DNA of 59,064 bases, counting the filler, from Asterionella formosa (lineage: Eukaryota): assembly GCA_002256025.1 (NCBI GenBank). It is 4 parts of 4 records of this genome, joined end to end, with 100 filler letters (N's around TTAATTAATTAA, not from the genome) between each part and the next. Parts side by side here need not be neighbours in the genome. Positions count along the whole stretch, not along the records: positions 29,600 to 44,289 come from NKIB01005832.1; positions 44,390 to 59,064 come from NKIB01005839.1; 2 more parts are not named here. One strand, written 5' to 3'. Both the position numbers and the translations under genes were made by a program. Below, piece by piece: positions 33,260 through 44,811 of the stretch. Below the pieces are notes generated by a model. The model was not told the DNA's origin. It ran no database searches and was given only the letters and a program-made list of their open reading frames with translations. The first letter of the stretch is position 1; each line of letters starts with the position of its first letter.

Positions 33260-34885
33260 TCAACGATTGTTCGACGCTTGACTCACCTCAGTATGGCGGA
33301 TCACAAAGTCCTGTGATGAGTCAACGCGAAGAATAACGTTCGTAATTTTACCTCCGTCGCGTTCAATTGATTCGCAAGAGCTAGAGATTTTCGCTGGCAA
33401 ACAATAGTCAACAGTGCCATCCAGAAAACGGACAAAATATGCACCTTCGGGGCCTAAAGTAACCTCTGCGAGGGTGACATTGTCAGCCAATCTGAACTCG
33501 AGTTTGTTATGAAGTCGAGCTGGTATGTTCTTCCATGCTACGCGCCCATCGCGACCAACTATGATCCACGAGTGCAAAGTTTCGCCGCCATAATCCCGCG
33601 ACGCCCCAAACGCGACACGTGACACCTTCCATTCCATAACCAATCGTATGAAATCTGGATCCGAAGAGCCCCACCATGTGTGACCAGTAGACAACTCACA
33701 AAAGTAGGCTCCACCAGGTCCAGTTGATAAGTAGTCGATGCTATGCAGGTCTATGCCCTCCTTCTTCAGTCGACGAAATAACCGTGCAGGAACATGTCCC
33801 CATGAATTCTCTGTGTCGCGAGTGACAAAGATGGCAGTCGCAATCTTTTCTCTCGTCCGTGCTTGCACAATCAATTGACGTACATTGTGAGATTCTCGAC
33901 AATTCGCAGGTGTCAGCGACAGGAGATTGGCCTTGTTGTTCTTGATTTTGCGTGTGCCGCCAGTGTCACTTGTTGGAACGTAGCCAAGTTGTGAGCAGAG
34001 GGAGTCCCTTGATTTTTTATTTTGGATTTGAATAGTCCAGCAGCGACCTCGCCGTCTTCGGAGTTCATCAATCTCCTCTGCTGTAAGTTGCGATTGCTGC
34101 TGTTGTCCCTTTAAAAGTAGGTCAATATCCCACCTATCAGCAACCAACTTCTTGGGTATTCGTATCCCCAATAAATCTTGCTCCAGTTCCATCCGATCAG
34201 CTTCCAAAGCTTCGACCTCGAAGTCAAGGCGTTTCATTTCTTCTTCCAATGACGATTGTTCATCCTTTACCACGTGAGATTGAAGCAGAAAAACGATATC
34301 CTCGAACGTCATGTCGTCGCACACAATCCCTCCTCGCCCAAACAGCGGGACTCTATGCTTGTTGTTTGTCTGTAAATCAGGGCTGTTGCCTTGTTTTCTG
34401 TTTCCAAGTTTCGCTATTGCTTCAAAGTTGGTCGAGAATTGCGATCGATAGACTTTTCGAGATGGTCCCAAGTAGTCTTCAAAGGACAACGGCGACGGAA
34501 GAAACGCCATTGCGCTTCCCGAGTCCAAACTGACTTCAATGCCCAATTGAGTATCTGAAATTGACATAGTTTCATCACTGAGAGCAAAACTGACCGGAGA
34601 CGGCACGACTTCGCAATGACGGCTCGTCCCATACTGCCGATAGTCTTCTTTGCCGCTAGATCGGGATGGACGAGTTGATGTCGACACCTTTAGCGCGGTA
34701 TTCCCTCGCTTGCCCTTCTTAATGGGGGTGGCATTTTTTGTGCTGGTGTTCGAGGATCCCGAGTCCACGGCTTCTTTACGAGAGGATGTTCCGAAGCCCC
34801 ACATGGTCAGAATCATCATGCTTGCTTCGGCACTGTATATTACTTTTTCGAAGCTGTTGAGTCGTTTTTGGTCCCAGAAATACAT
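33260..34885 (-). CDS. Hypothetical protein: central coiled coil plus C-terminal repeated W..(V/I/L)P.RL / GPxGAYF units
   Basis: 541-aa intronless ORF. Coiled coil LEEEMKRLDFEVEALEADRMELEQDL; repeats WGHVPARL..LSTGPGGAYF, WKNIPARL..VTLGPEGAYF, YCLPAKI. Confidence 0.7.
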   Translation of the reverse strand: MYFWDQKRLNSFEKVIYSAEASMMILTMWGFGTSSRKEAVDSGSSNTSTKNATPIKKGKRGNTALKVSTSTRPSRSSGKEDYRQYGTSRHCEVVPSPVSFALSDETMSISDTQLGIEVSLDSGSAMAFLPSPLSFEDYLGPSRKVYRSQFSTNFEAIAKLGNRKQGNSPDLQTNNKHRVPLFGRGGIVCDDMTFEDIVFLLQSHVVKDEQSSLEEEMKRLDFEVEALEADRMELEQDLLGIRIPKKLVADRWDIDLLLKGQQQQSQLTAEEIDELRRRRGRCWTIQIQNKKSRDSLCSQLGYVPTSDTGGTRKIKNNKANLLSLTPANCRESHNVRQLIVQARTREKIATAIFVTRDTENSWGHVPARLFRRLKKEGIDLHSIDYLSTGPGGAYFCELSTGHTWWGSSDPDFIRLVMEWKVSRVAFGASRDYGGETLHSWIIVGRDGRVAWKNIPARLHNKLEFRLADNVTLAEVTLGPEGAYFVRFLDGTVDYCLPAKISSSCESIERDGGKITNVILRVDSSQDFVIRHTEVSQASNNR

Positions 34886-35590
34886 AGCCTTTTTCTAGAA
34901 CGCTGCCACACTACATACGAGTCATCCTTTTGGCTATGCTGCATGTAGCTAGCTATGAAAAATCAGGGAATCAAAATTCTGAGTTGAAGCCAACATGCGT
35001 CCATAGCGGAGATGCTGGCTTGTCGCATTTTTAACCCTTGGCGTTGGGCGTTAGAATGGAGTTGGCCGGTGCACCTCAAGCGTGTCACGTCAGATAACGG
35101 AAAGTTATTTATATCGTGTACAAAACTGATCTAATTTCATTACCGGTATTCATACATAACAGTTACCTGCAACCCTGGTACCTGGTACCGATACCGGGTA
35201 GCTATGGCTGGTTGTAACCTAAAGATCAATATTGTAGGATACGTGGGCCTTAGGATAGATTTTCTTTTGCATTTAATAATAAGAGTAAAAAATTGTGAGG
35301 CATACAAAAATTGAAACAAATTCTTTGATATATTTATATTGCTCTCTGCTCATTTCCCCTCAAAAGGTATATAACATTGATCTGTTGTTGCCATTCATGT
35401 TTGTTGATTTTGCTGCTTGCTTTAATATTTGCTTCATTGCTTGGCTTGCGGAAATTCAATTTTTTCCCACTGCATCGACCAAATCCTAAAATAGTCAAAT
35501 AGAAATAGAGCTATGCTGTCTTTATGTGTGCATCGTTGATATAGCAGTACGTATTATATAGCTATTTAAACACAAAATGAAACACTGAGC

Positions 35591-36485
35591 AATGATAGCG
35601 ACTCATCAGATGATGATTGCCTCTACCATTTCCACAAGAATCATCGTCAACAAAGAAGAAGTGAGAACGATGCCAAGAAAAGACAAAATAGGGGAGGAGG
35701 TTCCAAGGTTGGCAAGGCTACAAATGTTAATCGCTTTCGCATAGAATACAACAAACTTTTGAAGGACAACTATTTCGGCAAGAATCCAATCTACTCTCCT
35801 GCACATTTCACAAGGCGCTTCCGGATGCATCCTTCCTTATTTGAAAAGATTCTTGAAGATTTGTTTGAGGCGAATCCATAGTTTGAACAGAAGAAAGATG
35901 CATTGGGTCTGGTCGGTTTTGCGTCTCATCAAAAGTTTACCTCAGTGCTGTTTACAGAACTTCGGCCAATCAGCTGGATCATGACCTCACAAGCAAGAAT
36001 GGCCAAATCGATTACACTCCACAACCTAAAAGTTTTTTTAACTCAATAATCAACAGGTATGGAACAGAACATCTGCGAGCTCCTACAAAAGATGACATGG
36101 AAATGGTTTTCATCTCCATCATGAAGCAAGTTGGCCAGGACTTCTTGGTTCATTGGATGTGATAGAGTGGGAATGGAAGAATTTTCCCAAGGCACACAGA
36201 GGATCATTTCAAGTAAAAGATGCAGTAGCTACTGTTGCTTTGGAAGCTGCTGTTGATGGTAGAGTTTGGTTCTGGCACAAATGGTTTGAAAGGCCAGGTG
36301 CAAAAAATGATCTCAATATTTTGGATCTTTCTCCGTTTTTCCGGTATTTGACAGCTGGAAGGACTCCTGCCATCAAATTCATAATTAACAACAAAGAACA
36401 CAATCTAGGTTACTATTTGGTTGATGGCATCTATCCAGATTGTCACATTTTTGTCAAAACAATTTCGGAACCACAACGTGCAAGA
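35591..36485 (+). pseudogene. PIF/Harbinger DDE transposase pseudogene
   Basis: GGSKVGKATNVNR...NYFGKNPIYSPAHFTRRFRMHPSLF, premature TAG near 35879, frameshifts, then GLLGSLDVIEWEWKNFPKAHRG, LEAAVD..VWFWH, GAKNDLNILDLSP, GYYLVDGIYP; runs into the N gap. Confidence 0.88.
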
Positions 36486-37095
36486 NNNNNNNNNNNNNNN
36501 NNNNNNNNNNNNNNNNNNNNNNNNNNNNNNNNNNNNNNNNNNNNNNNNNNNNNNNNNNNNNNNNNNNNNNNNNNNNNNNNNNNNNNNNNNNNNNNNNNNN
36601 NNNNNNNNNNNNNNNNNNNNNNNNNNNNNNNNNNNNNNNNNNNNNNNNNNNNNNNNNNNNNNNNNNNNNNNNNNNNNNNNNNNNNNNNNNNNNNNNNNNN
36701 NNNNNNNNNNNNNNNNNNNNNNNNNNNNNNNNNNNNNNNNNNNNNNNNNNNNNNNNNNNNNNNNNNNNNNNNNNNNNNNNNNNNNNNNNNNNNNNNNNNN
36801 NNNNNNNNNNNNNNNNNNNNNNNNNNNNNNNNNNNNNNNNNNNNNNNNNNNNNNNNNNNNNNNNNNNNNNNNNNNNNNNNNNNNNNNNNNNNNNNNNNNN
36901 NNNNNNNNNNNNNNNNNNNNNNNNNNNNNNNNNNNNNNNNNNNNNNNNNNNNNNNNNNNNNNNNNNNNNNNNNNAAGATGAGGATAAATAAAATATGGTA
37001 TTTCTTTATTAAACTAAATCTATTGACCCTTGTAGTGTCAATCGGAAACAATGAAATGATACTAGCAGAGTAAATAAGACAATAACCAAATTGCT

Positions 37096-37912
37096 TTAAA
37101 ACTCTTGTTCTTCATTTTCTAGAATCAATTCATCATCATCTGTAGATGCTGATGCAGAAGCTGAAACATCTACTTCAGCAGAACTGCTAAACTCCAATAT
37201 ATCTTTTGACCTTTTTGGCTGCTGGTTTCCCAATCACAGCATCAATATCCTCCATTGCTTCTTTTGCCCTCATGTCAAACCACCTTTTTGCTTCTGCTGA
37301 TTTACTATTCATTGAAAATTACTGAATAGAAACTCATCACCTTGAGTTTTTCACCTTTCTTTCAAGCATCATAATATGCTTCTGCTCAATGACAAGCTGA
37401 ACATTTGCAACGTTCTTTTCATTTTTGGCAGCTTTTGACCCCATGGGACGCAACTCATACTTCAAATCAATCATCAAGCTTCAATTTTGAATGGTCCAAA
37501 ACAAAACCGGAACCACCCTTCCACTTCGGGGCTTCCTTTAAAATACGCCAACACCCATTGAAAATAAATTCTTTGCCTACTAGCCTTTTCCCTTTTCCTT
37601 CCAATTTAAGTAGCTCCGTAGCTTCTTGAAGATATTTATCTTCCATCCATCCTGATTTTGGAACACTTGTCACTTGCGCAAAGAGGCCACAGAACTTTGG
37701 GATGTCTTGGTTTATCGTTCCCGTCGAGCCGTGCATGCTGTTGACATCCGCTCCTTGCCATCCGGGGTAAGACCTACATAGATCTCAAACACACGGCCCC
37801 AAAACTTGCTTACCTTCTGACCAGTCCCAGTGATTGAGTCTTCACTGGCTGCAACCCAGGACCAAGCGAGCGTCTTGTCCTCTTCCTTCTCCCACATAAC
37901 ACCTGAACCCAT
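37096..37912 (-). pseudogene. Harbinger second ORF (Myb/SANT-like + NAM-associated domain), frameshifted
   Basis: WEKEEDKTLAWSWVAASEDSITGTGQKVSKFWGRV, frameshift, INQDIPKFCG..SGW.., FIFNGCWRILKEAPKW, acidic tail. Confidence 0.82.
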
Positions 37913-38399
37913 ACTGACGATGTTGAATAATTTATTTGTATACCGGCATTTATGTGGTGACACCGAACACACACACTGATGGTTGCATTAGTCTACATGA
38001 AGATTGTACTGAAAATGTATTGCTACTATGATGTGTGTATTAATTAAATCATAAAAGTTAGGTTGCCGGCATGAGCCACAATCTAAACAAATAGAAATGC
38101 TTCTATTATTTGGCTACAGTCGGAGTCTAATCGATCAAATCCCTGATATTTGGTCGATTATGGGGTCATCCTCGAACAAGGACCAAAGCACATTTGTTCT
38201 TGGTCGATACGGTGGTGGCTAAAATATGTTTTCTTTTTTGACCAACAACACAATGCATCATGAAGTGTAATGAATCCCAGCTGCAATTGGCTTGGTATTT
38301 GGTCGATGCGGTGGTGGAGATGCTTATGTAGTATCAACCCGGTTTATGTGTAGCAGTACATAGGAATGGTCTGCTGCACATTACTATGATTAAAGGGCA

Positions 38400-39578
38400 C
38401 TGGTAAGGACCCCTGCTCTCACCATGGAGGGCGATGTATATTTACAGCCGCCCAATCAAATCAGACCTCTTTTCCTACAAAATCTCTACACTGTATGCAA
38501 TGAGCTACAAACATATAAAAGAATCAACAGAAACAACAAGAAACTCAAGGAGCTTGACAAAATGACTGGAATAAGATTCATTATTCATTCAAGAAAAGTC
38601 ATGATGATCTTGTCACCACATTTCATTTTGATCCAAACAGATACTAAAGCTGCACAATATTATCAGAATCTGCCATAAATACCACAAAAGGCAAGGCAAA
38701 AACATGGGAGGCAAATAAATGCCTCATTAAAAGATCAAACCAGTTTGACGAAAATGAATGGACAACAACATGCATCATTCAAGTGAAGAGCGCATTTTTC
38801 GATGTGCTGGCATCGGAATCGGGGCTCAACTGGCGCTTTGAGCTTACACAATAACTACAGCGTATGTAATGAGCTACAGACACATGAAAGAGTCAAGCAA
38901 CAGAAACAACAAGAAACTCAAGGAGCTTGACGAAAATGAATGGAATGCAACAACATGCATCATTCAATTGAAGAGCGCATTTGTCGACGTCGTGGCATTG
39001 AAAGCGGGTCTGCACCAGGCCTTTGAGCTACACAATAACTACAGCGTATGCAATGAGCTACAAACATATAAAAGAATCAACAGAAACAACAAGAAACTCA
39101 AGGAGCTTGACAAAATGACTGGAATAAGATTCATTATTCATTCAAGAAAAGTCATGATGATCTTGTCACCACATTTCATTTTGATCCAAACAGATACTAA
39201 AGCTGCACAATATTATCAGAATCTGCCATAAATACCACAAAAGGCAAGGCAAAAACATGGGAGGCAAATAAATGCCTCATTAAAAGATCAAACCAAGCCA
39301 TCTGTCTTCTCCTCGGTCATCAAGATTTGGGGAGAGATTAACTCACCAGTGCCAGAATATGGCATTTACAACACACATAACTTCCCCTACTCTCATTCGA
39401 GAGAGTGTATCCACCCTATCCCCGCCTTGGAGCGCCCAAAGTCACCACGTTTGTTGGGTTGATATTGGGTAGGTTAAGATTTTTATACAACCTAGGCTGT
39501 CAATGCCAGGAAGCGCAATGCGGGCTACCCTACTAACACTTGAGTAGTCTTAAGGCGCTTAATAAATGAAGTTAACTA
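38400..39578 (+). mobile_element. Candidate 5'-truncated non-LTR retroelement insertion bounded by a 14-bp direct repeat
   Basis: ATGATTAAAGGGCA at 38386-38399 and 39579-39592 flanks about 1.2 kb with internal duplications and an AATAAA just before the right copy. No reverse transcriptase motif was seen. Confidence 0.45.
38493..39295 (+). repeat. Nested direct repeats (A-B-B'-A' arrangement)
   Basis: About 250-bp unit at 38493-38742, repeated apparently identically at 39046-39295 (offset 553). A diverged unit of about 135 bp at about 38745-38878 and about 38927-39060. Confidence 0.9.
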
Positions 39579-40449
39579 ATGATTAAAGGGCATTACCTGT
39601 AGTTTTGACGACATCATGCATACACCACCAACAGAGCAAACAATGCTTTCCATTTACCGGCTTCTACAAGGAAAATATACATATTGCCCATTTGCAATCA
39701 ATCAATTCTCAGTACATAATAGCCTTATCTCACATCTTTTGCTTCGATTATTCATGTTAATAATGTAGTCGTAGTTTCATTTGTTGTTTAGCAACTGTAA
39801 AGGTGTCGAATCTGCTCGTAGCATTGTTGTTTAAAGATTGAGCATCTCTAAAATAGATGAAAAATGCATTGCTTGTACAAAGTCGTACATGGAACTAGAT
39901 ATAGGAAAATAACCGCAACTTGCTGGCTGGAACCCAAGGTACTAGCCCTTGTAGACAATTGTTTATAATTCTTTAGCTTAGATGTTGCGATTTATTTCTA
40001 TATATTAAACGCGACAGTGTAGTTGCTGTGAGCGGCTGGAGAATCCTGCATCATGCTGTCTCCACCTTGACCATGACGAAAATAACAAATTTTTCCATGG
40101 GAAATAAAAACGACAATATGCTATTTGGTCAATATATCTAACACGACATAGATAATACAATCATAACAAAAAATTTTAATAACACTAATATTGACAAAGG
40201 AAATTGAAGTCATCGATGGCGCATTTCTTCATGTCGCTTAGAGCGATGATGCACAATTCAAAATGACGAAGTTGCGACAGCTGGAATTTAACACTTTCAC
40301 AGCATACAACACGCTACACTATGGTAATCTGTAGGGCGGACCAAATTTTTTTAATTCTCTATTCAACAATATCAATTAATAGTTCATTGATATCTTCAAA
40401 ATGACTCTTTTGTTTACAAGTACTGATCCAGTTGTTGACTACTGCATAT

Positions 40450-40574
40450 GACTAGAAATTTGCTGACAACGACTAGAGTTCGTTGAATAGTAAGACTAGA
40501 ATTTGCTGACAACGACTAGGTTGAAGCTACTGAGTGATTTGTGAACTCAATAACCAAACACTCAATAACCAAAC
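40450..40574 (+). repeat. Short tandem/direct repeats in the TE island
   Basis: GACTAGA(A)ATTTGCTGACAACGACTAG at 40450 and 40494; CTCAATAACCAAAC twice in near tandem at about 40546-40574. Confidence 0.7.
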
Positions 40575-40935
40575 CGTGGTCTTCCAGTTCCTGAATACTA
40601 TCACCTGTAGAAGTAGTTGAATACGATTTCGACAATCAGCCAGAAGACGACTTGGATTTACTAAACGACTTTTAACGGCAGCCAAGGAAGTTTACTTAAG
40701 AGACTTGGAATGGAAAGCAAGCCAGTTTAACCCTTCCAGTATTCACGGGAAAAATTATTGGGAGTGAGTCGAAACTGAAAAAGTGCGCATAGAAGGTGCA
40801 CTACCGGACTTTCCTGGGTGGTGGGGGTATGTACTCCTACAAGATAAATGGTAGCTAATTACCGGAGTTTCATGTCCACTGCAGCCGCACCCCTGGTGCT
40901 TCGACATTATGTATTCATATGCATGCACATATTGA

Positions 40936-41450
40936 TCAGTCACTGTCATAGTGCCCCATCTGCTGGCACTTGAAACACGTCAAGTTCTTTCTCTTATTCC
41001 GTTGCTTGCTCTGGAGTTAGTTATTTCTTTTCTGTAGTTTCGCCTTTGATTCGGCAATCAACTGTCTTATGGCTGACCATACTTGCCACACTTCCTGCAG
41101 TCTCCCTTCAACTTGCTCTTCGAAAAAAATCGAAAAGAAGGCCTGCTCGCCATTCTTATTCATCTTGATTTCGTCACATACATAAAAATCGTGGTATTCA
41201 TAGACATTCCTCTTGATATCTTGGATTGTGAGTTTGCAAGATCAAATTTTCCTACCACCAAACCCTTGTAGACTTCCGATAGGTTTTTGACAACATGGGC
41301 CACATAGGCACCATCCGAAATTGCAGAGCTTGTACTGCTCAATCGTTCTCGAATTCTATCCAACTCCACAAACCAAATGATGGGGTTCTCATCTTCGTTA
41401 ATCGTGCATTTCGTCCACTGACCTGATAAGAAGGTGATCACATCTGCCAT
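40936..41450 (-). pseudogene. Ty1/copia-type gag relic with two CCHC zinc knuckles
   Basis: ENPIIWFVELDRIRERL...ISDGAYVAHVVKNLSEVY (UBN2/gag-like), then frameshifted GDCRKCGKYG-HKTVDC and TCFKCQQMGHYDSD* knuckles. Confidence 0.7.
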
Positions 41451-44400
41451 ATTACTTGACTCATACATACGTCTGTAAATAAAAACTATCATGAATATAG
41501 GATCAAGGGTATCGTACGCTAAGTGGCAAAGGATTTTTACATATATGGTAGTTTCTTGATCAAAAATATGATCAATGTACCATATAATTATGATCATGCA
41601 ATAAACTTTTACCGAGCTTGACGTATGATGATACTATCATAGTTATAATACCATTGCATCATAGAATTAGTTAAACGTGGTCATATGATTTGTATACTTT
41701 TGTCATACATCTATCTTAGCATGATCGTAATTCTCATCGATATCACTGTCTAAAATAGGATGAAATTGATCGAAATTTAGAACTATATTTAAAAATGGTT
41801 TTATGTTTCTATATCTTGAGTGGCTACAGAATGTTCTACAATGCTCTCATCGCAATGATTGGTGCTTCAGCTTTCACTTCCACATTCCCCCCAATCCAAT
41901 TCTGAAGGTTCTTGTACTGGTTACCTTGCCGTTGTTCCCCTGCGTTGTTCCATTTACTCCTGAGGGTTCTGAGTTTGCATTCACGCACTATTGAATCCGT
42001 TTCGTGTTAATATCAATAAATCCTGATTCTTGAAAATAAATTTTGATCTTTCATTTTCTCATCAACGACACCGTTCATCATATGATCAAAATTTTATGAT
42101 CAAAGGTATAGGATAAACGAATCAAAATTGATTGATTAAAGATTATTGTTTATACTGGAGTAGTTGCTCATGCATGCAACCCCGTCCCCCCCCCTGTATA
42201 TAGTACGGAAGTGATAACCCCCAAGCTACCAAAATTTTATGTCTTGCAAGAATTATCGCAGCATGCATGCATACATACATGACTCCTACTGGTAAATACA
42301 ATGCGGAAATGTTGACCACGTGACTACCAATATTATAGGTCCTGTAGAATTATCGCAAAATGGTTGCATATCTAATGAAAGGGGCGGGAGGAGTCATCCA
42401 TGCTGCACCTGTATAGTATGAAATATGGAAATGATCAAATATAGTCTACACAAGGAGCAGTGCATCGCTCATCTATGCCCTGCTGTTGTTATTTTAATTC
42501 CTATGAAATCTCTTGATCTGTTCTGCGCTTTTCGCCACAATTGTTTTCATTGGATGTTTCACTGAAAAGCATTCGAATTGATTGTGCTTCGAACGAAGCA
42601 ATGATCAAAGTCCACCCCATTTCAGAATGGTGAGTCTCACAACTAAGCATTAGCCAGTCGATTAAAATTGGACTGTCTTTTGTGCACCCTCGTTGTGTTT
42701 GTGCTTGACTTGGCAACTGACAGCCAAGCAAGAGCAGCCAAGGCAAGGTTATGCCACCATTTATTGTCTATACGAGTTTCGAATGCGTTCAGCTATGATA
42801 ACTTTTGCTCCCCCCTCCTAAACACTATCTCACCACCCTTGTCATAGATTTTTCTTTATCCTTTGGCTTCACAGACCCAGGCTACTTAATGCCTTCATCT
42901 GCAAGTTCATTCAAGCAGGCCCACATTGGCGTCAAGAAAACCTCAACCCCGATTTTCCTCACATGTTCCACCCATTGACTTCTTCATTGATGAAGTTGAG
43001 GTAGCTATATTGACGACATCAGGGGGCGCAGGTTGTGTGTATAACTAGATTGATGATGCCGAAAGCATTGCTTCCTTTTCCCGTACTAGGTACCTATTTG
43101 TCAACATTGTTTGGGTCAATCTATTCTTGTTTCCGCAAGACCAGAAGCAATTATCCCTTAACTTCTCCTCCCAAGAACTTTCATTTCTCTTTCACAATTG
43201 TCCTGATGTTTGCAGAGCATTTTTTAGTTCCCTTTTGATTTTCCCACTGGTTTCGATCCCTTTTGCATTCAAGTCAAGAAACAAGCAACAACTCATTGAG
43301 ATTTCTGGAGGTTTTGGTCAGTGGCACCATAAAGCAACAATCAACAGGTCATGGCGGCTGTTCTCCATTTTCTGTAGCAAGTGACAAAGTGACATTCAAG
43401 AAGGGTCTGGGATCATTGGGGAGAAAAATTAGCTAGTAGGATTCTCTGTGTTTGCCCCCGCCCGTTTGGCAGTCATTCTACCATTGCTTCCTTGCACCAA
43501 TCAATACTAGCTAGTATAACTAATGAAAACCGTAATTAGATGAAATGTGACTTCCGGTTTCTAATATTTTACATTGTTGCACTACTGAAACTTGAATCCA
43601 TAAATGGGCATTCAACTTGTGCTTCTTGCATTTTTGCAGTATAGACTGGCTGGTGTTCGATAGGCCAAAGTGTCTCGCTTTTCATGAGCATCTACAAAGT
43701 AGTGCTTTTGTCGAGGTTTATGTCTAAATCCAACTGCTGCCATCCTTTGAAATATTCCAGATACATCAAAGAATACGCTCCTGTCTTCAAATGTAAGGAA
43801 CTAGTGGTACGATGACAAAGAAAATCTAATGAGACATGAAAATTACAAAACCAGAATCACAGTGTTACTATAAATAGACAGTCTCATGCTTCTTTGTGGT
43901 GCATATCGCCTGCTATCATGCTGCTTTTCAATTCTAGATGTATTAAGTTCTTGTTAGAGAGACGATGTTATGGAGAAGTAGATTGCGGAAATATTCGTCT
44001 TGTGTGAAGAGCCATTTCGTTTTCATTGGATTTCTTTTCAAGCTCTTAACAGATTGCATAGGACGAACATACTGTGCAATGTAGATGATGATTCATCAAA
44101 GACATATGATGACTTGAACGACAAATGAAGGTTTTATCACAAACACTCGTTCCTTTCGACAAGGCTGGTTTGTTGTTGTTGCAAGAATCAGATTGAGGAC
44201 TGGCGAGGATGATGAGCCAAACCACATTACTCTAACTGGTACATTATCCTACCAAGAAATTTAAATAAAGGAACCTAAAAGAAACAATANNNNNNNNNNN
44301 NNNNNNNNNNNNNNNNNNNNNNNNNNNNNNNNNTTAATTAATTAANNNNNNNNNNNNNNNNNNNNNNNNNNNNNNNNNNNNNNNNNNNNAAGCTGGATGG

Positions 44401-44811
44401 TTGCGGCTGTCTTCTTCATGTGGTGAGTTACCGGTGTGTCAATCTCCATTTTGACCATCAGTGCTGCTTCCTCATTGTCAAACGAAGTTTCGCTTTATTC
44501 GTGACTGGATTTGATGCTTACTGGGTTTGATTGGCAGCTAGTATTTTTGCTCATCCGCGATAGCTATCTGGCACGACGGTTTTGTCAAAATGCCTCAAAC
44601 CGTCGGAAGTTGCACTTTTTCGTAAATCTTGACTATTACCGGTACTTACCACCCTGTTGCGCCTTTTCTTGAATTTCTGTGTCTGCTGTACCGGTAGGCA
44701 TGCATCCCGCTGTCGTTGCTTTGCTCTCCCGTCTCGGCATCCGGAGGAATCCCCGGTCCAGTCACTCAACCCTCTGCATGTCCAGTGTGCAAGTATGGTA
44801 CCGTCCGCGGC

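Larger units (their letters stand above)
35467..38324. mobile_element. Decayed PIF/Harbinger DNA transposon (two convergent ORFs), interrupted by an assembly gap
   Basis: Transposase relic on + and Myb/NAM-associated ORF relic on -. The right end ...GGTGGAGATGC followed by TTA matches the Harbinger-type AGCATCTCCA terminus. Inverted subterminal match 35467-35484 vs 38297-38314; the outermost left TIR bases are not recognisable. Confidence 0.8.

Noticed and set aside
36421..37073. Long ORFs spanning the N run
   Set aside because: Open only because N codons are not stops.
38493..39295. Repeats considered as a CRISPR array, and duplicated ORFs 38424-38678 and 38869-39231 as genes
   Set aside because: Eukaryotic context, long irregular units, no spacers or cas genes; the ORFs are by-products of the repeat.
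42500..44289. Coding-like fragments upstream of the third linker gap
   Set aside because: Multiple stops in the frames examined and no recognisable motif; probably decayed repeat but unsupported.
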